Part shown: piece after piece, positions 19,065 to 27,403 of the stretch
Layout of the letters: each line of letters starts with the position of its first letter
Numbering within the stretch: position 1 is the first letter of the stretch
Sequence record: DRR723986_4977
Strand: one strand, 5' to 3'
Length of the DNA: 45,798 bases
The notes under the pieces: model-generated
Databases searched by the model: none
Told to the model about the DNA's origin: nothing
Seen by the model: the letters and a program-made list of their open reading frames with translations, nothing else
Made by a program: the position numbers and the translations under genes

Positions 19065-19151
19065 AACAACGTGGACGGTTTCACTTCCCGGCTTGTTGAT
19101 GTTCACCGCCTAGGCCATGATGACACTATAACTATTTCAGGGTTGGGAAAC

Positions 19152-20681
19152 ATGACAGAAGCCGCACGCACAGAAGATGCCGCAAACGATGAAGATAGCG
19201 GGTTAGGCTACCGCCAAGCACCGCATAATCTAGAGGCAGAACAAGCACTTCTTGGGGCCATTCTAGTAAACAATGAAGCCGCACAAAAAGTGCAAGGTTT
19301 TCTTATGCCTGAACATTTCTTCGAACCTGTTCATGGACGTATCTTCGAATCAGTCATCAAGTTGATGGACAAAAACCAGATCGCGGACCCCGTTAAACTA
19401 AAGCCCTATTTCGAGCATGATGATGCACTTGCTGACGTTGGCGGCGCTCAGTATCTGGTTCGCTTAGCGGCCTCTGCAGCAACCATCATCAACACCGAAG
19501 ACTATGGACGCACAATATACGACCTCGCCATGCGCCGCGCTCTCATCCAGATCGGTGAAGGCATGGTCATTGATGCTTACGATGCACCTGTTGATTCTGA
19601 AGCTTCAGAACAAATTTCGGAGGCGGAAAAACAGCTTTTTGACTTGGCCGAAATGGGTCAGGCAGACAGCGGTGCGCAGTCCTTCTCGCGCGCCCTTAAA
19701 ACTGCCGTTGAAAACATCGAGAATGCCTACAAAGACCCCGATAGTTTATCGGGTATCACAACAGGCCTTACCCAGCTAAACGCCCAAATTGGCGGCATGC
19801 ATGCATCGGACCTGGTTATTCTTGCTGGTCGTCCTGCGATGGGGAAAACCGCTTTGGCAACAAACATTGCATTTAATGCTGCAAAACGCTGGACCGATGA
19901 TTTGGTGGCCGGCCACGATATGGACCGATCAAAGGGTGCTGTTGTGTGCTTTTTCAGCTTGGAGATGTCTGCTGACCAGTTGGCTGCCCGTATCCTCTCG
20001 GACCGTGCCAATTTGCATTATCAAGGCCCTGACCCCATTCAGTCGCATGCAATGCGCCAAGGCAAATTGACCGAAGAACAATTTCAGGCCATCGCACGTG
20101 CAGCGATAGAACTTGAGGACATGCCGTTGTTTATCGACGACACGCCAGCATTGTCTATAGCCGCACTGAGAACACGTTCACGCAGGTTGAAGCGCCAGCA
20201 CAAACTCGGAATGATTGTGGTCGATTATCTGCAGCTTTTGCGTGGTTCCGCAAAGGCTGGCGGTCACGAAAACCGTGTTCAGGAAATATCAGAAATTACT
20301 CGTGGTCTTAAAGGGTTAGCAAAAGAACTTCATGTACCAGTTCTAGCGTTATCACAGCTTAGCCGCCAGGTAGAGCAGCGCGAAAACAAGCGCCCAATGC
20401 TGTCTGACCTACGCGAATCTGGCTCCATTGAGCAAGACGCCGACATGGTCATGTTTGTTTTCCGCGAGGAGTATTACAAAGAAAAAGAAAAGCCCGCGGA
20501 ATCAGACGTAACAAAGCACAGTGAATGGCTAGCCGAAATGAACAACCTATACGGCAAAGCTGAATTGATCGTTGGCAAGCAACGCCACGGCCCCGTTGGA
20601 ACCGTGAAGCTTGCCTTTAAAGCTGAAGTGACGCGCTTTACCGATTTAATCGAAGACGACCATTTGCCGGATCAGCATTAA
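19152..20681 (+). CDS. dnaB: Replicative DNA helicase
   Basis: PHNLEAEQALLG, Walker A GRPAMGKT, FSLEMS, VDYLQL, LSQLSR, SDLRESGSIEQDAD, KQRHGP. No intein. Confidence 0.98.
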   Translation: MTEAARTEDAANDEDSGLGYRQAPHNLEAEQALLGAILVNNEAAQKVQGFLMPEHFFEPVHGRIFESVIKLMDKNQIADPVKLKPYFEHDDALADVGGAQYLVRLAASAATIINTEDYGRTIYDLAMRRALIQIGEGMVIDAYDAPVDSEASEQISEAEKQLFDLAEMGQADSGAQSFSRALKTAVENIENAYKDPDSLSGITTGLTQLNAQIGGMHASDLVILAGRPAMGKTALATNIAFNAAKRWTDDLVAGHDMDRSKGAVVCFFSLEMSADQLAARILSDRANLHYQGPDPIQSHAMRQGKLTEEQFQAIARAAIELEDMPLFIDDTPALSIAALRTRSRRLKRQHKLGMIVVDYLQLLRGSAKAGGHENRVQEISEITRGLKGLAKELHVPVLALSQLSRQVEQRENKRPMLSDLRESGSIEQDADMVMFVFREEYYKEKEKPAESDVTKHSEWLAEMNNLYGKAELIVGKQRHGPVGTVKLAFKAEVTRFTDLIEDDHLPDQH

Positions 20682-20708
20682 AAGTCTTCTTTCACATCAA
20701 CAGGAAAA

Positions 20709-20993
20709 CTAATCGCAGGCAATTACAGTAACAGAACCGTCTTCACGGGTTACTGAGATGCTGTCTTGGCCATTTTCACATTCAAACTTGCCGTCTTTTG
20801 TATAAACAACAGTTTTGTTGCCAATAGTCTTAATTTCAATTTCGTCGCCATCAATGTCGACATTCACTTCATAACTGAATTCGTCATCGTCGTCGTAGCG
20901 ATAGCTGTTATCATTGCCGGTAAATGTACTGGCTATCGCTAAAGACACAATAATGCCCCCAATAGCAGCACCAAATATCTGGTTTCTTGTCAT
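20709..20993 (-). CDS. Hypothetical membrane-anchored/exported small acidic protein
   Basis: Strong RBS (GGGAGG), N-terminal hydrophobic helix, acidic beta-rich domain with two Cys. Confidence 0.75.
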   Translation of the reverse strand: MTRNQIFGAAIGGIIVSLAIASTFTGNDNSYRYDDDDEFSYEVNVDIDGDEIEIKTIGNKTVVYTKDGKFECENGQDSISVTREDGSVTVIACD

Positions 20994-21105
20994 GTTAAAT
21001 CCTCCCCGCTGGTTAAAACCAAACTTCTATGTATTAGAGATAAGCAGACTCACCAAAATTTAAAGGTATAGGCACCCAAGATGCAGTAAAATATGGTGTC
21101 TTGCC

Positions 21106-21444
21106 TCACATTCCCATCATATTGCGACTGTTTTTCGGTAGATAAAGTTTCATCCCATCAAGTTCATTTGTAACAAGGACCTGACAGCCCAGCCGGGATG
21201 TCCTTTTTAAGCCACTTGCCAAATCAAGCATTTCTTCTTCATCATCACTCGCTTCTGGCAACATGGTGAAGAACTTTTCCTCCACAACCATATGACAGGT
21301 TGAGCAAGCCATATTACCCTCACATGCCCCTTCGATATCCAGGCCGACAGACTGTGCAACTTCCAGTAATGTGCTGCCAACTTCTGCAGAAACTTGTGTT
21401 TCTTCGCCTTCCGAACTGACAAAGGTTATCGTAACAGCGCTCAC
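21106..21444 (-). CDS. fdx: Adrenodoxin/ISC-type [2Fe-2S] ferredoxin
   Basis: EGACEGNMACSTCH, EEEMLDLA, SRLGCQ. The GTG at 21444 overlaps the upstream stop (GTGA). Confidence 0.93.
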   Translation of the reverse strand: MSAVTITFVSSEGEETQVSAEVGSTLLEVAQSVGLDIEGACEGNMACSTCHMVVEEKFFTMLPEASDDEEEMLDLASGLKRTSRLGCQVLVTNELDGMKLYLPKNSRNMMGM

Positions 21445-22595
21445 GTGCACCCACCTTGATTGCTAACTGCTTTGGCAATGATATCGAGAGCAAAGTCAAT
21501 CTCTTCATCTGTAGTGAACCGGCCAATGCCAAGTCTAATGGAAGTTTTCGCGTCTTTATCAGACAGGCCAATCGCTTCCAGTACGTATGAAGGACCGGCT
21601 ACCGCTGAAGCACAAGCTGCGCCCGTTGAAACCGCTAGACCGCGGATGTCGGCAAACAACTGATCACCATCCAATCCTGAAAAACTAACATTCAGATTAC
21701 CAACCCAACGCTTACTTTGGTCACCATTAACTTCCATACCAGGTGCAGACTGCTTTAAACCAGCTTTCAAACGGTCCATCATAGTGGCTAAGCGCCCCTG
21801 CTCTTGCGCCATTTCAGCGGCGCAAATATCCGCGGCCTTGCCGAAGCCCGCCACCAACGCCGGGGCTTGTGTGCCCGCCCTAACACCGTTTTCCTGTCCA
21901 CCACCATGCATTTGCGGCATTATTGCGGTGCGCCCTTCTTGCCTGCGGTACATTGCTCCAACGCCTTTCGGGCCATATATTTTATGCGCAGAGATGCTCA
22001 TGAAATCAATGTTCATGGCGTCAACATCAAGGGGAATTTTGCCGAAAGCTTGAGCGGCGTCTGTATGGAACAAAGCGCCATGTTTACGGCAAATGGAGCC
22101 TATCCCCGCCAGAGGTTGAATGACACCAATTTCATTATTCACAGCCATAACAGAAACCAATGCTGTATCAGCGTCTATGGCTTCTTCCAATTGATCAAGA
22201 TCAATCAAGCCATTCTTATCAACCGGCAAAACCGTCAATTGATACCCCGCGTTCGCACACGCGGTAGCAGCCTCCAGCACACACTTATGCTCGGTGGCGA
22301 TGGTAATCAAACGGGGCCGTATGTGCCCCCATTGCTCCATCACACCCTTAATCACCAAATTATTGGCTTCGGTAGCGCCAGAAAGAAACGTAATGGCATC
22401 GGGCTGAGCAGAAATGACGTCAGCCACCTGCTCGCGTGCTACATCTATGGCTGCTTCCGCTTCCCAGCCATACCGGTGCTCCGCAGAATGGGGGTTGCCA
22501 AATTTTTCGGTTAAAAAGGGCATCATGACAGCCAACGCCCGCTCGTCCAGCGGCGTTGTAGCCTGATAGTCCATATATGCAGCCGTAACGCTCAC
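21441..22595 (-). CDS. iscS: Cysteine desulfurase (IscS-like, group I), second copy
   Basis: YMDYQATTP, FGNPHS, SAHKIYGPKG (PLP Lys), STGAACAS (catalytic Cys). Confidence 0.9.
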   Translation of the reverse strand: MSVTAAYMDYQATTPLDERALAVMMPFLTEKFGNPHSAEHRYGWEAEAAIDVAREQVADVISAQPDAITFLSGATEANNLVIKGVMEQWGHIRPRLITIATEHKCVLEAATACANAGYQLTVLPVDKNGLIDLDQLEEAIDADTALVSVMAVNNEIGVIQPLAGIGSICRKHGALFHTDAAQAFGKIPLDVDAMNIDFMSISAHKIYGPKGVGAMYRRQEGRTAIMPQMHGGGQENGVRAGTQAPALVAGFGKAADICAAEMAQEQGRLATMMDRLKAGLKQSAPGMEVNGDQSKRWVGNLNVSFSGLDGDQLFADIRGLAVSTGAACASAVAGPSYVLEAIGLSDKDAKTSIRLGIGRFTTDEEIDFALDIIAKAVSNQGGCT

Positions 22596-23719
22596 GAAGC
22601 TGCCTTACCTACAGTTCGGTCATACAAGCTTTTCCAAGCCTTTATCAGGGACTGAACATCGCTTTCTGTCGTCATACGCCCCATGGACACACGGATGGAT
22701 GCGTTTGCCGTGTTATCATCATAACCCATCGCGGCAAGAACATGCGACACCTTCACTTTTCCCGAAGAACAAGCAGAGCCAGAAGAGAGGCAAATTCCAT
22801 TAAGGTCAAAATGCATCACCTGCGTTTCGCCTTTAACCCCCGGCATAGCCACGCAGCTTGTATTGCTGGTCCGCGGCGCTTCCTGACCAATTAAATAAAC
22901 AGTATTTGCATGCGCTGAAATAGCTGCCTCAAATTGATCCCGCAAATCGCCAATCCGGCTAGCGTCGGCCAGCTCATCCATGGCTTCCAATGCGGCAACA
23001 CCAAATCCGGCGATACCAGCCACATTCTCGGTGCCTGAACGACGACCCAGTTCCTGCCCGCCGCCAGCAACCAATGGTGCCAATGGCGCTGTCGGTGCAG
23101 TGATGATCGCGCCAACACCTTGCGGGCCACCAATCTTGTGGCTTGAAAGTGTAAGGTAATCAACGCCGAGAGCACTAAAGTCGATCATAATTTTTCCGGC
23201 TGCCTGAACAGCATCCGTATGGACACGCGCACCAAATTCATGCGCTAGGTCAGCCGCTTCTTTAAGCGGTTGTATGACACCCGTTTCATTATTGGCCAGC
23301 ATTACCGATACCAAAGCAGGTGCAATTGCTTCTTTCAAAAGCTGCTTCAAGTGTTGAAGGTCAACAACGCCGTTATTGTCCACATTCAAGCTATACGTTG
23401 GAACACCTGCGAGTTTAGCAGCTGCTATGCCGCAGTCATGCTCTACTGCAGAAATAATGATGCTGGCGGCTCCGGCGCAGCGCAAGACTGCGTTACTGGC
23501 TTCTGTACCACCAGAACAGAAGGTAACATCTCTGGTTCGACTGCCTGCCAAGGCCGCCACTTTTACACGGGCATCTTCAACCAGTCTGCGCGCATTACGA
23601 CCTGCTGTATGCACAGAGGAAGGATTACCAGCCGTACCCATTGCATGGCCGACCATCTCGATCACGCTTTCGCGAATCGGTGCAGTTGCGTTATAATCCA
23701 TATAAATTGGTGTGGTCAT
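22592..23719 (-). CDS. Cysteine desulfurase family protein (NifS/IscS-like), first copy
   Basis: YMDYNATAP, GNPSSVH, SSHKIGGPQG, RSGTEN, SSGSACSSGK. Confidence 0.92.
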   Translation of the reverse strand: MTTPIYMDYNATAPIRESVIEMVGHAMGTAGNPSSVHTAGRNARRLVEDARVKVAALAGSRTRDVTFCSGGTEASNAVLRCAGAASIIISAVEHDCGIAAAKLAGVPTYSLNVDNNGVVDLQHLKQLLKEAIAPALVSVMLANNETGVIQPLKEAADLAHEFGARVHTDAVQAAGKIMIDFSALGVDYLTLSSHKIGGPQGVGAIITAPTAPLAPLVAGGGQELGRRSGTENVAGIAGFGVAALEAMDELADASRIGDLRDQFEAAISAHANTVYLIGQEAPRTSNTSCVAMPGVKGETQVMHFDLNGICLSSGSACSSGKVKVSHVLAAMGYDDNTANASIRVSMGRMTTESDVQSLIKAWKSLYDRTVGKAAS

Positions 23720-23791
23720 AACTCGTCAAATAGGCGGTAATGGGCCTGCCTTCAATTATATTTGTCCAAAAACAACAAGATAACTTGCGAA

Positions 23792-23808
23792 TTGAGTAAA
23801 AAAATCGA
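23792..23808. promoter_or_regulatory. Candidate IscR/Rrf2 type-1-like operator between the desulfurase operon and the divergent hydrolase
   Basis: Minus strand TCGATT-TTTTT-ACTCAA has the 6-5-6 YYGAYY-W5-ASTCRR architecture. A perfect TATAAT lies at 23760-23755 on the minus strand. Confidence 0.35.
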
Positions 23809-23879
23809 TATATCGTTAGTAAGAGTGCTAAGCCATAGTATGACTTCGCCAACAACTGTAGTGCAAAAGAAAAGAATAT

Positions 23880-24527
23880 ATGCCCGAAATTATTTTCAGT
23901 GGACCCGCTGGTCGACTTGAAGGCCGGTATCAACCCGGTAAGTCACCCACATCTCCACTTGCTTTGATCTTACATCCGCATCCGCAACATGGCGGCACAA
24001 TGGATAATAAGGTCGCTTATTACTTGTATCACGCGTTCTTGCATCGGGGCTTTGCCACACTTCGTTTCAATTTTCGGGGTGTCGGTAGAAGCCAGGGAGA
24101 ATTTGACAGCGGCGTTGGTGAATTGTCCGATGCAGCCTCTGCATTGGACTGGATGCAGGCGATGAACCCCAACTCGACTGGTACGTGGATCGCTGGTTTT
24201 TCTTTTGGTGCCTGGATTGGCATGCAGCTTCTTATGCGTAGACCTGAGATAAAAGGCTTTATTTCAGTAGCACCACCGGCAAATCTTTATGACTTCTCGT
24301 TTCTGGCACCTTGCCCTTCGTCTGGCTTGATTGTTCAAGCTGATCAAGACGAGTTGGTGACGCCTATTTCAGTGGTTAAATTGGTTGAGAAGCTTAAAAC
24401 GCAAAAAGCCATTACCATTGACCATGATGTTATCAAAGGCGCGACACATTTCTTCGAATCTGAGTTGAACGCGCTGATGATGTCTATCAATGGCTATCTG
24501 AATAAACGCCTGTCCAGCGACGATTAG
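23880..24527 (+). CDS. Alpha/beta hydrolase (conserved isc/suf-associated family)
   Basis: MPEIIFSGPAGRLEGRY, LHPHPQHGGTM, FNFRGVGRS, nucleophile elbow GFSFG, HFF. Confidence 0.93.
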   Translation: MPEIIFSGPAGRLEGRYQPGKSPTSPLALILHPHPQHGGTMDNKVAYYLYHAFLHRGFATLRFNFRGVGRSQGEFDSGVGELSDAASALDWMQAMNPNSTGTWIAGFSFGAWIGMQLLMRRPEIKGFISVAPPANLYDFSFLAPCPSSGLIVQADQDELVTPISVVKLVEKLKTQKAITIDHDVIKGATHFFESELNALMMSINGYLNKRLSSDD

Positions 24528-24543
24528 CAAAGACTTCGCCATG

Positions 24544-24585
24544 AAAAGGCTGGTCCACTTGCTCTGCCATGGACCAGCAGTTTTT
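24544..24585. terminator. Bidirectional terminator between convergent genes
   Basis: GCTGGTCCA (24549-57) and TGGACCAGC (24570-78), flanked by an A-run and a T-run. Confidence 0.65.
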
Positions 24586-24586
24586 C

Positions 24587-25111
24587 CTATGTAGTAATGT
24601 TAGCTTTTACCTCATCGATCATTAACAGCGTTGATACACCCGCTGACGCGAAACCAACACCAAACAGCATACCGGCGACGGCAAAAGCGAACGATGCGCC
24701 TGATATGGCCGAAATAGTGCCTACGCCCAATGCAGCTATCCAATAAAGTGCTACAACTTTCATTACCCTCTTCCACAACATTGTTATCGCCAAACCGGAT
24801 AGACCAGCCATTAATACCGTCGTACCAACTTGATATAGGTCCAGGCTCATGAAAACGATATCAGGGCCTGTAATGCTGGCTAAACCTGCAACGGCGACAA
24901 GAAAACAGGCAAGCCCAACCACCCCAAGCCGTTCAGCTATACGCAGATACATTGCGGCCAAGCCGATAAGCAGACATACATCAATAATGAAATAAATTGC
25001 CTCTAGCCCCGCTGAATTGGGGCAATATGCAATAAAGCTGGCAAGCACGCGCAATGCACCGCCTGTAATAGAAGCAGCCGCGCCAAAGCGCAGTAAGGTT
25101 TTATATGTCAT
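24587..25111 (-). CDS. Hypothetical integral membrane protein (about 6 TM)
   Basis: Highly hydrophobic 174 aa; the ATG overlaps the upstream stop (TAATG). Confidence 0.8.
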   Translation of the reverse strand: MTYKTLLRFGAAASITGGALRVLASFIAYCPNSAGLEAIYFIIDVCLLIGLAAMYLRIAERLGVVGLACFLVAVAGLASITGPDIVFMSLDLYQVGTTVLMAGLSGLAITMLWKRVMKVVALYWIAALGVGTISAISGASFAFAVAGMLFGVGFASAGVSTLLMIDEVKANITT

Positions 25112-25500
25112 TATGCGTCCGCGTAACTGACAACTTCAAACTCAATGCCATCGTCATCATGAAAATAAAAACGGCGCCCCGGTTCATAATCGCCGTGGTT
25201 GTGCGGTTTGTAACCGGCAGTAATTACGCGCGCCTCAACCGCGTCCAAATCATCAACAACAATACCAATATGGTTGAGCCCACCCTTGGCTTGATATGTC
25301 GGCAAAGTAGCCTCACCGGGATTACCCTGAGAATATACCGCCAGATAGCTGTCATTTGCGCCAACATGAACTGTATACCCTTCATTTTTTGCTGGGCCTT
25401 GCCACCGTATTTTCCAGCCAAATATCTGCTCGAGCATTGCCGCAGTCTTTACCGGATTACTCACTGTAACATTCGCATGTTCCAAAATCGCATGTGTCAT
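25111..25500 (-). CDS. VOC (glyoxalase-like) family protein
   Basis: LEHANVTV, LNHIGIVVDDL, YEPGRRFYFHDDDGIEFEVVSY; RBS GAGG. Confidence 0.92.
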   Translation of the reverse strand: MTHAILEHANVTVSNPVKTAAMLEQIFGWKIRWQGPAKNEGYTVHVGANDSYLAVYSQGNPGEATLPTYQAKGGLNHIGIVVDDLDAVEARVITAGYKPHNHGDYEPGRRFYFHDDDGIEFEVVSYADA

Positions 25501-25541
25501 TTTCTTATCCTCTTTGCTTAGAAGTTTTTCTTGATTTACAT

Positions 25542-25572
25542 AACGTAATTGCTAAACCTTACTTGAGGTCAA
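25542..25572 (-). promoter_or_regulatory. SoxR-dependent promoter (SoxR box inside a 19-bp spacer)
   Basis: Minus strand: TTGACC (25572-67), 19 nt, TACGTT (25547-42). The box CCTCAAGTAAGGTTTAGC matches CCTCAAGTTAACTTGAGG at 13/18 positions. Confidence 0.85.
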
Positions 25573-25600
25573 GGTATTATTTTTAGTAATGAGAGTTTTT

Positions 25601-26071
25601 ATGAAACGACCAACAGATTTGCTTTCAATTGGACAACTGGCAGACCGCACTGGGCTGTCCGTTTCTGCTATAAGGTTTTATGAAACCAAGGGTCTTGTTG
25701 CACCACTACGTAACTCTGGCGGACAACGTCAGTTCCATAGGTCAGACATACGCCGACTATCATTTGTTATGATTGCACAGCAATTGGGCCTTCAACTTAA
25801 GGATATTGTCGCCGCTCTTGCCGGCCTGCCTAAAGGGCGAGCACCCACGCAAAAAGACTGGACCAAAATTAGCAAAGATGTTCGTGCCGAACTAGACATC
25901 CGAATTGAAGCCTTACAACGGACACGCAAGAACTTGGACAGTTGTATTGGCTGCGGTTGCCTATCGCTAAAAACATGCGCTCTATATAACCCGGACGACA
26001 AAGCCAGCGTTCACGGAGCTGGCCCTCACTATGCTATCGGAAATAGGCGCCCGCCCGACGCCATGCGTTGA
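25601..26071 (+). CDS. soxR: Redox-sensitive transcriptional activator SoxR
   Basis: MerR HTH (LSIGQLADRTGLSVSAIRFYE) and the [2Fe-2S] motif CIGCGCLSLKTC. Confidence 0.97.
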   Translation: MKRPTDLLSIGQLADRTGLSVSAIRFYETKGLVAPLRNSGGQRQFHRSDIRRLSFVMIAQQLGLQLKDIVAALAGLPKGRAPTQKDWTKISKDVRAELDIRIEALQRTRKNLDSCIGCGCLSLKTCALYNPDDKASVHGAGPHYAIGNRRPPDAMR

Positions 26072-26080
26072 ACATTTGTG

Positions 26081-27247
26081 TCATTTTCTAAGAGTGCTGG
26101 GTCGTTTCTTAGGCTTATGGGTAGTTCCGCCCGTGCTGGGGGTATTACAACCTGTTGTTTCGGGGTAACTCAATGGCAGGCCGCGTGCGCTGCGGACAGC
26201 TAAAAAAGCAAAAGCTTCAGCTTCCAGGGCGTCACCCCGCATACCCAAAACTTCAACGGGGTCAACAAGCACAGGTAAACGCCTCCTTAAGCGACGCATT
26301 AACGTTTTGTTATGCCGTCCACCACCACAAACATACCAGGCCTCTGGTGGCGCCGGAAAATGGCTCTGGGATGCAACAACAGATTCGACGATAAAATTTG
26401 CCAAAGTCGCCGCGCCGTCTTCCGCTGACAACCCGCGCACGGCCTGCGTGTTAAAATCGTCCCGATCAAGCGTTTTGGGCGGTGCGTCATCAAAATAGGA
26501 TGACGCCATCATGCCCATTACCACTTCTTCGTGGCTTATACCTCGTGCTGATAGGTTCCCATCCTTGTCATAGCTTTCGTTGGTGTGAAGCTGCGCCCAA
26601 TCGTCCAGCGCGGCATTACCCGGCCCCGTATCGAAAGCCACAATATGCGGATTAGTGGCATCGTCCTCAAATGACAGCCACGTAACATTGGCAACACCAC
26701 CCAAATTTAGAATAGCGACAGTTTTGTGCCTACTGGCACGCGCCAACTGTGCGGCATGGTAAATCGGCACCATCGGCGCACCCTCGCCGCCTGCCTGCAT
26801 GTCTGCTGAGCGAAAATCATTAACAACAGTAATGCCGGTTTGGCCAGCCAAGCGGCCTCCATCGCCAATCTGCCATGTCCAGCCGCGCTCAGGGCGGTGG
26901 CTTATGGTTTGGCCGTGAAAGCCTATAAGGTCAACGCTATCAGGACTCTGACCGGTCACAGAAAGCAATTCTCTTACGGCCTCAGCGTGCCAGTCGGTTA
27001 ACTCTTGTTCTATTACCTTAACCTCAGCCGGCATACCTTTTGGCTCACTACAAGACGATGCCAACTGAATTGCATTTTTCAGGGAATCACGCATTTCAGC
27101 GGAATATGGCAAGGTCAGTGATGGGCCAAGCCGCTCAACCCTCACACCGTCTGTGAAAACCAGTGCAGCATCTACACCGTCCATAGAGGTGCCACTCATT
27201 AGACCAATGGCGCATTTAATTTCGCCCGGGTCACCAATTTTTACCAT
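26081..27247 (-). CDS. anmK: Anhydro-N-acetylmuramic acid kinase
   Basis: IGLMSGTSMDGVD, GFHGQT, DFRSAD..GGEGAP, FDTGPGN, CGGGRHN, EAEAFA; divergent from tyrS. Confidence 0.96.
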   Translation of the reverse strand: MVKIGDPGEIKCAIGLMSGTSMDGVDAALVFTDGVRVERLGPSLTLPYSAEMRDSLKNAIQLASSCSEPKGMPAEVKVIEQELTDWHAEAVRELLSVTGQSPDSVDLIGFHGQTISHRPERGWTWQIGDGGRLAGQTGITVVNDFRSADMQAGGEGAPMVPIYHAAQLARASRHKTVAILNLGGVANVTWLSFEDDATNPHIVAFDTGPGNAALDDWAQLHTNESYDKDGNLSARGISHEEVVMGMMASSYFDDAPPKTLDRDDFNTQAVRGLSAEDGAATLANFIVESVVASQSHFPAPPEAWYVCGGGRHNKTLMRRLRRRLPVLVDPVEVLGMRGDALEAEAFAFLAVRSARGLPLSYPETTGCNTPSTGGTTHKPKKRPSTLRK

Positions 27248-27403
27248 ATTGCATCTCTCATGCGGAATTTAGTCTATCAAATTGGCAAAACCAGGCCCTA
27301 AATGCCCAAACTGCCAAACACACTTTGTCTTTGGCTAACCCTATGCTACATCACGCCGCTAACCAATTCTTTAATTGTAACTTTAAACCGCGCAGACATA
27401 CCC

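Noticed and set aside
19010..19150. DnaA boxes plus an AT-rich stretch read as the chromosomal origin
   Set aside because: Only three boxes in a spacer under 200 bp, and none of the usual alphaproteobacterial oriC neighbours (hemE, parAB/gidA, dnaA); a regulatory site is more plausible.
19152..20681. Possible intein in DnaB
   Set aside because: The length (509 aa) is normal and all helicase motifs are contiguous; no C/S...HN splice motifs.
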